From positions 160,001-224,000 of the forward strand of contig OY970355.1 of the NCBI GenBank assembly GCA_963718525.1: a stretch of DNA of 64,000 nt, given 5' to 3'. The position numbers were made by a program, and so were the translations under genes. Source of the DNA: Candidatus Dormiibacterota bacterium (GTDB lineage: Bacteria; Chloroflexota; Dormibacteria; Aeolococcales; Aeolococcaceae). The notes beneath the pieces are model-generated. The model was not told where the DNA came from and did no database searches. It worked only from the letters and a program-made list of their open reading frames with translations. The number at the start of each line of letters is the position of its first letter. Position 1 is the stretch's first letter. Shown here one piece after another: positions 18,541 to 28,492 of this stretch.

Positions 18541-19647
18541 GTGATCCGCTTACGAGCAGAGGCGACGAGCCTCCGGCTGGGCATGGCACTGGTGGGCTCA
18601 CTGATCGTTGTGAGCGCCTGCAGCGACCCATCCGCCCAGGCCGTCCCGTCACCGTCCGGAGGAGTCGTCCTCAGCGCCCTGCCGCACCTCCCCGGTTCGC
18701 CCGCGCCGTCGGCGTCATCGCGAGCCGTAGCAACGGCGCAGGCTGTCGCACGGTCGACCCCGAAGCCGGCCACCCGCACGACGTCGACGAAATCAACGAC
18801 CTCCACAGGGCCGCGAACCATGCTCGGCGGTTGCCAGGTCTTCCCCACCAACAACCCGTGGAACGAGAACATCGCCAACGCACCGGTCAACCCGATGTCC
18901 GCAACGTACATCGCGGCGATTGACGCGACCAAGCAATTCCTGCACCCGGACTTCGGGTCGAATCCGACGTATGGCATTCCGTACACCGTCGTTCCGGCGT
19001 CGCAGAAGTTCGTGCCGATCACGTTCAACGCGTATGGCACTGAGAGCAATCCGGGGCCGTATCCCGTGCCACTCAACGCGCCCGTCGAGTCGGGCAGCGA
19101 TCACCACGTGCTCGTCCTCGACTCCGGCAACTGCCATCTCTACGAGATGTACAACGCACAGCAGTCCGGCAACGGCTGGGTCTGCGCGTCCGGCGCAATC
19201 TTCAACTTGAGCAGCAACGCCCTGCGACCTGATGGCTGGACGTCCGCCGACGCAGCGGGCTTGCCGATTCTGCCAGGGCTCGCCACCTACAGCGAGGTTG
19301 CCTCCGGCGTCATCAACCACGCGCTTCGCTTCACGGTTGCGGAGACCCAGAACGGCTTCATTCATCCCGCGACCCACCAGGCCGGCATCAGCGACCCGAG
19401 CCTTCCTCCGATGGGACTTCGCCTGCGGCTCAACGCGTCGTTCAGCCTCGGGGGATTCACAGGTGAGGCGCTGGTGATCCTGAAGGCGCTCAAGACCTAC
19501 GGCATGATCGTCGCCGACAACGGAAGCAGCTGGTACATCAGTGGCGCGACCGATCCGCGCTGGGACGACAACAACCTCGACGAGCTGAAATCAGTCCCGG
19601 GCAACGCGTTCCAGGTCGTCGAGACCGGGTCGATCCTGCACGGCTAG
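18541..19647 (+). CDS. Conserved secreted lipoprotein of unknown function
   Basis: Lipobox-like LIVVSAC; GCQVFP..NPWN, SDHHVLV, WTSADAAGLPILPGL, HALRFT, YGMIVADNGS. Confidence 0.8.
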   Translation: MIRLRAEATSLRLGMALVGSLIVVSACSDPSAQAVPSPSGGVVLSALPHLPGSPAPSASSRAVATAQAVARSTPKPATRTTSTKSTTSTGPRTMLGGCQVFPTNNPWNENIANAPVNPMSATYIAAIDATKQFLHPDFGSNPTYGIPYTVVPASQKFVPITFNAYGTESNPGPYPVPLNAPVESGSDHHVLVLDSGNCHLYEMYNAQQSGNGWVCASGAIFNLSSNALRPDGWTSADAAGLPILPGLATYSEVASGVINHALRFTVAETQNGFIHPATHQAGISDPSLPPMGLRLRLNASFSLGGFTGEALVILKALKTYGMIVADNGSSWYISGATDPRWDDNNLDELKSVPGNAFQVVETGSILHG

Positions 19648-19663
19648 ATCGCGTCGATGCGAC

Positions 19664-21292
19664 CTACTTCTGCGCCGCCTCGAGCGCGACCACCGAGAAC
19701 TTCTGCTGTGCGTAGTCGGACCTGATCAGCTTCTTGTCGAGCTTGCCGACGCTCGTCTTCGGCAGCTCGTCGACGAACGCCCAGCGCTCGGGCAGCCACC
19801 ACCGTGCCACCTTCGGAGCCAGGAATTCGCGCAGCTCGTTGGGTGTCGCCGTCGCCCCCGGTTTCAGCACGACGAGGGCCAGCGGGCGCTCCGCCCACCG
19901 ATCGTCGGGCACGCCGACCACGGCGGCATCCGCAACTGCCGGATGCCCCACCAGCAGGGTCTCGAGCTCGACCGACGAGATCCATTCGCCGCCCGACTTG
20001 ATCACGTCCTTGGACCGGTCGGTGATCTGCACGTAGTTGCGCGCGTCGATGTTGCCGACGTCGCCGGTGCGCAGCCACCCGTCGTGGAATTTCTCTGGCG
20101 TTTCGGCCTTGTAGTAGGAGGCCGTGATCCACGGTCCGCGCACCTCGATCTCTCCGACCGCCTCGCCGTCGTGCGGAATCTCGGCACCGCTGTCATCGAC
20201 GAGTCGCAGCTCGACACCCGGGACAGCCCGACCGGTCTTTGACCGGTAGTACATCTCGCCCTCCGGCGCCGTGCCCTTGGGCGGCCGGGCGATGGTGGCG
20301 ATCGGGCTCGTCTCGGTCATTCCCCACGCCTGCCACAGCTCGATGCCGAGCACGTCTCGATAGGCGGTAATCAACGTCGCGGGCACGGCGGACCCTCCGC
20401 AGACCGCGGTCTTGATGCTCGACACGTCCCCACCGTTCGCCTGCACGTGGTTGAGCACCGCGGTGAGGATGGTCGGCACGCCGCCGGTGAACGTCGGCCG
20501 CTCCTGCCGGATGAAGTCACAGAGTCCCTGCGGCTGCAGGAACCGCCCCGGGAGCAGCAGAGCGCTGCCCACCATCCAGCCCGCATACGGTGTCCCCCAC
20601 GCGTTGACGTGGAACATCGGCACGATGATCAGCAGGCGACCGCGGTCGTCGAGATGGAACGCTCCCCACACAGCGAACGAGTGCAGGTATACCGAGCGAT
20701 GGCTGTACGCAACACCCTTGGGATCGCCCGTGGTCCCTGTCGTGTAGCACATGGACGCAGCACTGCGTTCGTCGATCGCCGGCCAATCGAAGGTCGATGA
20801 TTCCGCGGCCAGCAAGGTTTCGTAGGCAAGAGATTCGCCAAGACCGGCCACGGCTCCCGAGCCGACCACGATCACCTTCTCGACACTCGGGCACTGGTCC
20901 AGCACCGACGCGAGCAGCGGCGCGAGCAAGTCGTCGACGATCACGACACGATCCTCGGCGTGCTTGATGATCTGTGCCAGCTGCGACGGTGGCAGCCGCA
21001 GGTTGAGCGTGTGCAGGACCGCTCCCATGCAGGGGATGGCGAAGTACGCCTCGAGGTGCTCCTGGTGGTTCCAGCAGAGCGTCCCCACGCGATCACCGGG
21101 GACGATCCCGAGCGTTCGCAACGCGCCGGCCAGGCGGTTGACCCGCTCCGCCACGGTGGCGTAGCTCGTGTGCCGTGCCCGCTCGCCCTCGAACGTGATG
21201 ATCTCGCTGTCCGGATACACCTGGGCACCATGGCGAAAGAGCTCCGTGATGCTCAGCGGCGCGTCCTGCATGGTCGAGTTCATGGGTTCCAT
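19664..21292 (-). CDS. Medium/long-chain fatty acid--CoA ligase
   Basis: YTTGTTGDPKG AMP-binding loop, WGMTET, LRTGD, DRSKDVIKSGGEWISS, PKTSVGK. Confidence 0.95.
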   Translation of the reverse strand: MEPMNSTMQDAPLSITELFRHGAQVYPDSEIITFEGERARHTSYATVAERVNRLAGALRTLGIVPGDRVGTLCWNHQEHLEAYFAIPCMGAVLHTLNLRLPPSQLAQIIKHAEDRVVIVDDLLAPLLASVLDQCPSVEKVIVVGSGAVAGLGESLAYETLLAAESSTFDWPAIDERSAASMCYTTGTTGDPKGVAYSHRSVYLHSFAVWGAFHLDDRGRLLIIVPMFHVNAWGTPYAGWMVGSALLLPGRFLQPQGLCDFIRQERPTFTGGVPTILTAVLNHVQANGGDVSSIKTAVCGGSAVPATLITAYRDVLGIELWQAWGMTETSPIATIARPPKGTAPEGEMYYRSKTGRAVPGVELRLVDDSGAEIPHDGEAVGEIEVRGPWITASYYKAETPEKFHDGWLRTGDVGNIDARNYVQITDRSKDVIKSGGEWISSVELETLLVGHPAVADAAVVGVPDDRWAERPLALVVLKPGATATPNELREFLAPKVARWWLPERWAFVDELPKTSVGKLDKKLIRSDYAQQKFSVVALEAAQK

Positions 21293-21420
21293 GCTCCTCT
21301 GCACGTTCTGGCGCTGACCGGCGCCGATCCCACGGGCACCAAGTCGTCGAGATCGTACTTGGCATCCTGCCCGCAGTGCAGCATCCGTGCGGGGTTGTTG
21401 CTTCGCTACCCTCGGTACCG

Positions 21421-22479
21421 ATGGCAACGATCCAGGCCGGCCCGATGACCGGAGCCGAGCGCATGCTCGCCACCGCGCGCAGCCAGCCCGCCGATCGCAC
21501 CCCGATCTGGTTCATGCGCCAGGCCGGCCGCTGCCTCGCGGGCTATCGCGCCCTTCGCGAGACCTACGACATCCTCACGATCACCAGGACCCCGGAGCTC
21601 TGCGCCCGCGTGACACTCATGCCGGTGGAGGAATTCGGCGTCGACGCAGCGGTGATGTACGCCGACATCATGCTGCCCCTGATCGGCATGGGAGTCCCGT
21701 TCTCGATCGACCCTGGGATCGGCCCTCTGATCCATGCGCCGGTGCGCTCCGAGGCGGACATCGCAGCGCTGCGAATCGTCGACCCGCGCGACGCGACCCC
21801 GGAGCTGTTCGAGGCCATCAAGCTCGTGCGTCAAGAGCTGGATGGGAAGACGGCGGTGGTCGGGTTCGCCGGAGGGCCCTTCACCGTCGCCTCGTACATG
21901 ATCGAGGGCAGGCCGACCAAGGAGTTCTCGCGCACCAAGGCCATGCTCCATGGCGAGCCCGAGCTCTGGCACCGTCTCATGACCACGCTCACCGAGGTCA
22001 CGATCGGCTATCTGCGCGCTCAGGTGGAGTCCGGGGCGCAGATCATCCAGCTCTTCGATTCCTGGGCCGGCGCACTTTCGCTCCGGGCATACGACGCGAT
22101 GGTGCTGCCCTACAGCCAGCGCATCCTGGCGGCGGTCTCGGAGACCGGCGTGCCGACCATCCACTTCGGCACGACCACCACGCATCTTCTCGAGGCGATG
22201 GCGCGCTGCGGATCAGACGTCATCAGCGTCGACTGGCGCCTGCCCCTCGATGTGGCCTGGGACCGGATCGGTGACCGCGGCATCCAGGGCAACCTCGATC
22301 CCGGCGTGATGCTCGCACCGTTCGACGTCGTCGCCCGGGAGGCGCGGCAGATCCTCGCGCTCGCCGGAGGCAGACCGGGTCACATCTTCAACCTGGGCCA
22401 CGGGGTGCTCCCCGAGACCTCGAGCGACCACCTGCGCCGCCTGGCGGACCTGGTCCACGAGGACACGGCCCGAAGCTGA
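21421..22479 (+). CDS. hemE: Uroporphyrinogen decarboxylase
   Basis: TPIWFMRQAGR, GFAGGPFTVASY, QGNLDP, HIFNLGHGV; start 21421 or 21445. Confidence 0.97.
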   Translation: MATIQAGPMTGAERMLATARSQPADRTPIWFMRQAGRCLAGYRALRETYDILTITRTPELCARVTLMPVEEFGVDAAVMYADIMLPLIGMGVPFSIDPGIGPLIHAPVRSEADIAALRIVDPRDATPELFEAIKLVRQELDGKTAVVGFAGGPFTVASYMIEGRPTKEFSRTKAMLHGEPELWHRLMTTLTEVTIGYLRAQVESGAQIIQLFDSWAGALSLRAYDAMVLPYSQRILAAVSETGVPTIHFGTTTTHLLEAMARCGSDVISVDWRLPLDVAWDRIGDRGIQGNLDPGVMLAPFDVVAREARQILALAGGRPGHIFNLGHGVLPETSSDHLRRLADLVHEDTARS

Positions 22480-22515
22480 CCACGCGGCCGCGCAGCCAGC
22501 CTCTACCCTTGCGAG

Positions 22516-23463
22516 ATGGCTCAGCTCGGCGTCGTCCTCGCCACCTTCGGCTCGGCGGTGACTGCCGACGATGTTCCCGCGTATCTCTCGTCGGTGCGCG
22601 ACGGCCGCGAGGTACCCGAGGATCTGATCGAGGAGTTCCGGCGCCGGTACGACCTCATCGGCCGATCCCCGCTCATCGACATCACCCAGGCGCAGTGCGC
22701 TGCGCTGCGGGCGGCGCTCAACCCGGACGGCGGCCCGGATGCGACCGAAGTGGTTGCGGGGATGCTCCACTCGGAACCGTCGCTCACCGATGCGCTCGAC
22801 GGTCTGGCGGCGGGCGGCACGTCTCGCATCGTCGTGATCGCGCTCGCGCCCCAGTACTCGCCGATCATCCTGGCCGGGTACGAGCGAACCGTGGCTGCGT
22901 GGCGCGCCGTGCATCCCGACGTGGACGTGCACATCGCAGGCGCCTGGCACCTCATCCCGGAGTGGATCGCAGCGCTCGCCGAACGCGTTTCGGAGGCGCT
23001 CGCCGGCCTCGATCCCACGGTTCGCTCCCGGATTCCGATCATCTTCACCGCCCACAGCCTTCCCCGTCCTGTCGTCGATCGGGACCCCGGCTACATCACG
23101 CAACTTCGTGAGACGGCCACGGCGGTCGCGACACGGCTCGGCCTCGAGCCCGAGCGATGGAGCTTCGCCTACCAGAGCGCCGGGCACACGCCCGAGGAAT
23201 GGCTGACCCCCGACGTGAAGGATCTCTTCCCCGGGTTTCGAGCCGAGGGATTCAACGAGATCCTCATCGTGCCGCTGCAGTTTCTGGCAGATCACCTCGA
23301 GATCCTGTACGACATCGATATCGCCGCCGGGGACGAGGCCACGGCAGCGGGCATGACCATGCATCGAATCGAGTTGCCGAACACGCAGCCGGCCTTTATC
23401 CGCGCGCTCGCCGCGGTCGTCGAGCGTGAACGCTCGGGAACTGCATCGACCGCTGTGTCCTGA
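22516..23463 (+). CDS. hemH: Ferrochelatase
   Basis: RY..IG.SPL, LAPQYS, FTAHSLP, YQSAG....WL.P, FLADHLEILYDID. Confidence 0.96.
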   Translation: MAQLGVVLATFGSAVTADDVPAYLSSVRDGREVPEDLIEEFRRRYDLIGRSPLIDITQAQCAALRAALNPDGGPDATEVVAGMLHSEPSLTDALDGLAAGGTSRIVVIALAPQYSPIILAGYERTVAAWRAVHPDVDVHIAGAWHLIPEWIAALAERVSEALAGLDPTVRSRIPIIFTAHSLPRPVVDRDPGYITQLRETATAVATRLGLEPERWSFAYQSAGHTPEEWLTPDVKDLFPGFRAEGFNEILIVPLQFLADHLEILYDIDIAAGDEATAAGMTMHRIELPNTQPAFIRALAAVVERERSGTASTAVS

Positions 23464-23483
23464 CGGCGCCGGTCGATCCACCG

Positions 23484-24364
23484 TCAGGCGGGACGGGGCA
23501 CCCCGATCGGGTTCGGATAACGGATGCCGTCGGAAGACTCCAGGAGTCCGGCCAGAGGCCGGAGCCGCGCGAACAGGAGCTCCCGTGACGCGTCATCCAT
23601 GGCCTCCCAGACCTCGCCCGCAAGCCGGTCGGTTGTGTCCTCGACGGCCGTGCGCAGCCCCTGTCCACGATCGGTGAGCGCTCCGGCTGCGTCAAGGATT
23701 CCGCGGCTGCGAAGACCGTCCACCCCCTGCTCCCACTCCGCTTCGGTCCAGCCGCGAAACCGGCGCATCGTGGTGGCGTCGTTACCGCTGCCCGCGGCAA
23801 TCGCGGTCACGAGCGATTCCAATCCGTCGAGACCGTGAACGGTGAGCGCCGCGACGTGGCCGTCGAATCGATGCTCGCGCAGGAGCATGCACGCGTGCCA
23901 GAGCTGGAGGTGCGGCGGCACGGGCGTCTCGAGCGCCGCGTTGGCCGCGAACAGCGGGCGGCCATCGCCGCGCTGGCCCCGGGCCACGGCCAGGGCACTG
24001 CGTGCCGCCGCGGCGACCTCGACGGATTCGACCTCGGCGCCCCAGAGGCGTCGCAACGCGGAGTCCGCAACCGCGATTCGCGCCGCCAGCGCGAGCTCCG
24101 GGCTGGAGTAGTGCCACGCATCGGGAATTGCCCGCGCGACCATCGCCGGCTGGAAGTTGTGGAACACCGCGGTGACCACACTCGCGGGCACCGCGCCCAT
24201 CGCCCCGGCACGGGAGGCGAAGTAGCCCATCCATCCACCCGGAGCCCCGCTGCCGTGTAGTGCTCGCTCGCCTCCGGGACGAAATACACGATCGCATGGA
24301 TGGGCTCGAAGAGGGTCCAGGCGCGGCGTGCAATGCTCAGGGTCTCACTCGTGGTATCGGCCAT
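23484..24364 (-). pseudogene. SCO6745-like conserved protein, split by 1-nt frameshift at about 24238
   Basis: ARRAWTLFEPIHAIVYF..E...AAGLR in one frame, GWMGYFASRA..MG...LREHRFDGH in another; one G short in CGGG. Confidence 0.8.
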
Positions 24365-25482
24365 CAGCGATGGAGTGCGCCCGCCGGGGTCAGGGTGCCG
24401 TGGAAGATCCCCGAATGCGTGAAGGTTGGCGACGTTCCCGGGCTGAGCACCGTACCGGTGAGCTCTGACGAAGGCATGAACTGCACGAAGCGGGGGTCGG
24501 CTCGCGCGGGATCGACGATCAATTTCTCGAGCACGCACGAGTTGTACTGGCGTGCGGTGTCCTCGAGCGTGTTCGCATTGAGCACGACCTCCTGATCCCA
24601 GATGCGTGCGTGGCGGCGCACTCCGGGAATCCGGCTGTGCTCCGGTGTCAGACATTCGGCGGCGATCACATTCTCGCTGCTCGCCCAGATGCCGGTTTCG
24701 GTGTTGACCACGAGGGTCTGATTTCCGATCGTGTGCCCCGGCGTCGCGAGCAATGCGACGCCGGGTCCGATCAGCACATCGCCGTCGATCGGGAACACTG
24801 CCTGCTGCGGCAGCGCCGCAAACGTGGACGCCTGGTACCACGGCACCTGCAACGGATGCAGCGCAGCGAGCGACTCCAGCTCGGCACGCTGCACGATCAG
24901 GCGCGCGTTCGGCAGCGCCGCCGGGACCGGGGCCGCGGGCGACAGATCATGAGCGGGCTCGGTGGTTCCGAGCCACCGGCGCACGTCCTGTGAGTGCAGG
25001 TGATCGAAGGTGATCCAGTCGACGTCGCCGGCATCGATGCCGACGCTGCGCAGATGGCTCAGCACATCCCCGAGTGGTCGCGCGAACGCGCGCTCGAACG
25101 CCGCGGGCCTCGAATCGCGCAACCGCGCGAAATATGGTGTGTGGCGCGCAAGCTCCACGTCGGTCGGCTCGAAGAGCAGCACGCGCGGCTTGCCGTCGGT
25201 CTCGCGCCAGCGCACCACGATCAGTCGGTGTGTCAGGGACAGAAACGGTGCCGGAGTAACCGCCGCGCGAAAGAGGCCGAATCGGGTGGGGTACGGCAGC
25301 GCCACGAGGTCGAAGGTTCCAATCCAGTCCGGCATCCCGGTCGTCCGGAACCATTCTCGGAATCCGGGCGCCGCCTGACGTATGAGGTCCAGTTGACGTC
25401 CCGGCTGCGGCTCGCGGGCGGCCGGAGCGAAATGCGAGATCGTGTGGATCTCCCCGACCGGGGGTGGGACATGCGTTGCCAT
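24364..25482 (-). CDS. Metallo-beta-lactamase-fold protein
   Basis: TFDHLHSQD, ATPGHTIGN. Confidence 0.85.
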   Translation of the reverse strand: MATHVPPPVGEIHTISHFAPAAREPQPGRQLDLIRQAAPGFREWFRTTGMPDWIGTFDLVALPYPTRFGLFRAAVTPAPFLSLTHRLIVVRWRETDGKPRVLLFEPTDVELARHTPYFARLRDSRPAAFERAFARPLGDVLSHLRSVGIDAGDVDWITFDHLHSQDVRRWLGTTEPAHDLSPAAPVPAALPNARLIVQRAELESLAALHPLQVPWYQASTFAALPQQAVFPIDGDVLIGPGVALLATPGHTIGNQTLVVNTETGIWASSENVIAAECLTPEHSRIPGVRRHARIWDQEVVLNANTLEDTARQYNSCVLEKLIVDPARADPRFVQFMPSSELTGTVLSPGTSPTFTHSGIFHGTLTPAGALHR

Positions 25483-25559
25483 CGCGGTCCTCGGCAGTGT
25501 ACGCGGTGCAGAAACCTCGGGTCGATATACTCGATTGCGGTGATCGAAGGAGCATCACG

Positions 25560-27788
25560 GTGAGGCGTTGGGGACATTTCGTCTACCACCGCCGCAAAGT
25601 GGTGCTCGCCGCGTCACTCGGGTGTTTCGTGCTCTCGATCATCGGGCTGCTCACCGGCGGCCAGCCGATCAATGCGAGCAACTACGACGTCGAGTCGGTG
25701 CGTGCCGCCAACCTCGAGAGTGCGCAACTGCCGTCGACGACAGGCTCGTCGTTCACGCTCGTTCTCACCAGCTCGCAGCTGACGTACGGGTCACCGGCGT
25801 TTGCGTCTGCGGTCAACGCCGCGGTGGCGCCACTGCGCGGTGACTCGCGGGTGAGCGCGCTGGTCACACCGTTCACCGTCCCAGCACCGGCGAGCGCATC
25901 GATGGTCTCCACCGACAAGCACAGCGTGCTGGTGCAGGTGGGTCTGAAGATCGACTTCTCGCAGGCTCGCGCCCAATACGGGACGATTCGCGGCGAGGTG
26001 CAGTCGCCGTCGCTCAGCGTGACCTCCACCGGCGACGTTCCGCTCGCCTACGACTTCGACACGTACCTCGCGAGCGACCTGCGCAGGTCCGAGGTGGTGT
26101 CGCTGCCGCTGGCGCTCATCCTCCTCGTCATCGTGTTCACCACCGGGGTGGCCGCGCTGTTGTGCCTCGGAGTCGGCGTGTTCGCGGTGCTCGGTGGTGT
26201 TGGTGCGGCGCTCGCGCTTGCACACGCCATCGACGTCTCGACCTATGCGGTCAACGTCGTCACATTGGTGGGGCTCGGCATCGCCATCGACTACTCGCTC
26301 TTCATCGTGACTCGTTTCCGCGAGGAGCTCGCAGCGGGTCACACGGTTGAGGATTCAGTCGCCACCACCATGGCGACGGCCGGCCGGGCGATCATGTTCA
26401 GCGGCCTCACCGTCGCGATCGGCCTGTCCGGCCTGCTCTTCTACACCGGGACCGCGCTTGTCTCGATGGGGGTCGCGGGCGCGATCGTCGTGGCCGTCTC
26501 CGTGCTCTACGCAGTCACGTTGTTGCCATCGATGCTGGCAGTCCTCGGCCCGCGTATCAACAGCATCAGGATCCCCATCCTGCAACCCAAGCCGTTCGGC
26601 CAGGGCGCGTGGCATCGCCTCGCCACATGGGTGATGCGCCGCCCCTGGACCGTGCTCATCCCCACGATCGCGATTCTCCTTATCGCCGGATCGCCGTTCC
26701 TCGACCTGCAACTCGCCAACAGCGACGTGAACCAGCTGCCGCCGTCCGCCGAGGCGCGTCGAGGTGCTGATCTTCTCCAGGCCCAGTTTCCGAAGGTCGG
26801 GCAGAACACGATCGCGGTGGTCGTTGACTTCCAGCACGGCGCACCAACTAGCCCCGCCAACGTCGCCGCGGCATACAACCTCGCGCAACGGATCTCCTCT
26901 CTCAAGGGCGTTACCGGAGTGCGCAGCTACGTCACGGGCGATCCGTCGCTCACGCTCACCTCGTATCAGACCCTGTACTCGAAGCCGAAGAGCGCACTGC
27001 CCGCGTCGGTGCAGTCGCTGCTCACGAACCTGACGGGCTCGAGCATCGCCGTCCTCGATGTCGCCAACCCGTACTTTGTCACCAGCGACCAGGCACATAA
27101 CCTCGTGCGCAGCATCCGCTCCACCAACTCGGTGCCGGGAGCAACCGTCGAGGTCACCGGCGACACCGCCTTCGACATCGACCTCGTCAACTACATGATC
27201 GACCACACACCACTCGCCATCGGCTTCGTGCTGATCACCACCCTGATCGTGCTGACCGTCCTGCTCCGTTCGCTGGTGCTCCCATTCAAGGCAGTGCTGA
27301 TGAATGCGCTCTCACTCAGCGCCGCGTTCGGCGCGCTGGTGTGGGTGTTCGACCAGGGCCACCTGTCGAACATCCTCGGCTTCACCGCCGGACCGCTTGA
27401 TCCGACCATCCCGGTGTTGCTGTTCTGCGTTGTCTTCGGACTGTCGATGGACTATGAGGTGTTCCTGCTGACCCGCATGCAGGAAGCGTGGGTTCGCACC
27501 GGCGACAACACCACTGCGGTGGCCGACGGGCTCGAACGCAGTGGTCGCCTCGTCACCGGAGCCGCGGCGATCATGGCGTGTGTCTTTCTCGCCTTTGCGC
27601 TCGCGAGTGTCGTCACCATCAAATCCATCGGCGTCGGCATGGCGGTCGCCGTCATCGTCGACGCGACCCTCGTTCGTGCACTCGTGGTGCCGGCGGTGAT
27701 GCGCCTGCTCGGCACAATGAACTGGTGGGCGCCTCGCTGGCTCCGTCCTCCGGAGCCGGAACGCCAGGAGATCGCTCCAGCTGCCTGA
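25560..27788 (+). CDS. MMPL/RND family transporter
   Basis: GLGIAIDYSLFIVTRFREEL, AGRAIMFSG, FGLSMDYEVFLL, DATLVRALVVPA; AAGGAG SD. Confidence 0.95.
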   Translation: MRRWGHFVYHRRKVVLAASLGCFVLSIIGLLTGGQPINASNYDVESVRAANLESAQLPSTTGSSFTLVLTSSQLTYGSPAFASAVNAAVAPLRGDSRVSALVTPFTVPAPASASMVSTDKHSVLVQVGLKIDFSQARAQYGTIRGEVQSPSLSVTSTGDVPLAYDFDTYLASDLRRSEVVSLPLALILLVIVFTTGVAALLCLGVGVFAVLGGVGAALALAHAIDVSTYAVNVVTLVGLGIAIDYSLFIVTRFREELAAGHTVEDSVATTMATAGRAIMFSGLTVAIGLSGLLFYTGTALVSMGVAGAIVVAVSVLYAVTLLPSMLAVLGPRINSIRIPILQPKPFGQGAWHRLATWVMRRPWTVLIPTIAILLIAGSPFLDLQLANSDVNQLPPSAEARRGADLLQAQFPKVGQNTIAVVVDFQHGAPTSPANVAAAYNLAQRISSLKGVTGVRSYVTGDPSLTLTSYQTLYSKPKSALPASVQSLLTNLTGSSIAVLDVANPYFVTSDQAHNLVRSIRSTNSVPGATVEVTGDTAFDIDLVNYMIDHTPLAIGFVLITTLIVLTVLLRSLVLPFKAVLMNALSLSAAFGALVWVFDQGHLSNILGFTAGPLDPTIPVLLFCVVFGLSMDYEVFLLTRMQEAWVRTGDNTTAVADGLERSGRLVTGAAAIMACVFLAFALASVVTIKSIGVGMAVAVIVDATLVRALVVPAVMRLLGTMNWWAPRWLRPPEPERQEIAPAA

Positions 27789-28446
27789 GACGACACTGAC
27801 CGCCGCCGCGTCCCGTCCATCGCTGCGCGGGTGGAGTCATCTCGCGACGATTCCACTCGCTCTGGCCGGCGCGATCACGCTCGTCGCGATCAGCGGTGGC
27901 AACTCGGCTCGTCAGATCTCCCTTGGTGTCTACGGTGTCTGCATCGTGCTGCTGTTCGCCGTGAGCGCCACGTACCATCGCGGGCCGTGGTCACCGCGGA
28001 CGCGCGGCGTCTGGCGACGTCTCGACCATGCGACGATCTTCCTCGCCATCGCGGGCACCTACACACCGGTCGTCGTCAACGTGCTGCGGGGCTGGCCGTC
28101 AGTCGTGTTGCTGGTGGTCATCTGGACCCTGGCGATCAGCGGGGTGGTGGTCGCGACCACCGGGATCCCACTGCCACGCTGGGTGACCGTGGTGCTGTAT
28201 GCCGGCGTGGCTTGCACGGTCGTTTTCTTCCTTCCGGCACTCGGGGATCGCATCCACGCGAGTGGTCTGCTGGTGCTGGCGATCGGCGGCGCCCTGTACG
28301 GTGCCGGGGCGTTCGTCTACGCATTCAAACGTCCGCGGCTCTGGCCCAATGTGTTCGGATACCACGAGGTGTTTCACGTCCTCGTGATCGCCGCCACGTC
28401 GGTCTATTTCGTATTCATCCTGGCGACGGTCGCACTGCCGCGGTAG
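27781..28446 (+). CDS. Hemolysin III/PAQR family membrane protein (probable CTG start)
   Basis: RPSLRGWSH, SATYH, RRLDHATIFLAIAGTYTP, FGYHEVFH; homology extends upstream of the ORF-track start. Confidence 0.88.
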   Translation: MPETTLTAAASRPSLRGWSHLATIPLALAGAITLVAISGGNSARQISLGVYGVCIVLLFAVSATYHRGPWSPRTRGVWRRLDHATIFLAIAGTYTPVVVNVLRGWPSVVLLVVIWTLAISGVVVATTGIPLPRWVTVVLYAGVACTVVFFLPALGDRIHASGLLVLAIGGALYGAGAFVYAFKRPRLWPNVFGYHEVFHVLVIAATSVYFVFILATVALPR

Positions 28447-28492
28447 TTACGCCCGACCGCGGAGCACGTTCGTCGGGGTGGCGGCTCCCTGA

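Noticed and set aside
15400-19647. Prophage or ICE next to the integrase
   Set aside because: No structural, replication or conjugation genes, and no clean duplicate of the tRNA end in the window.
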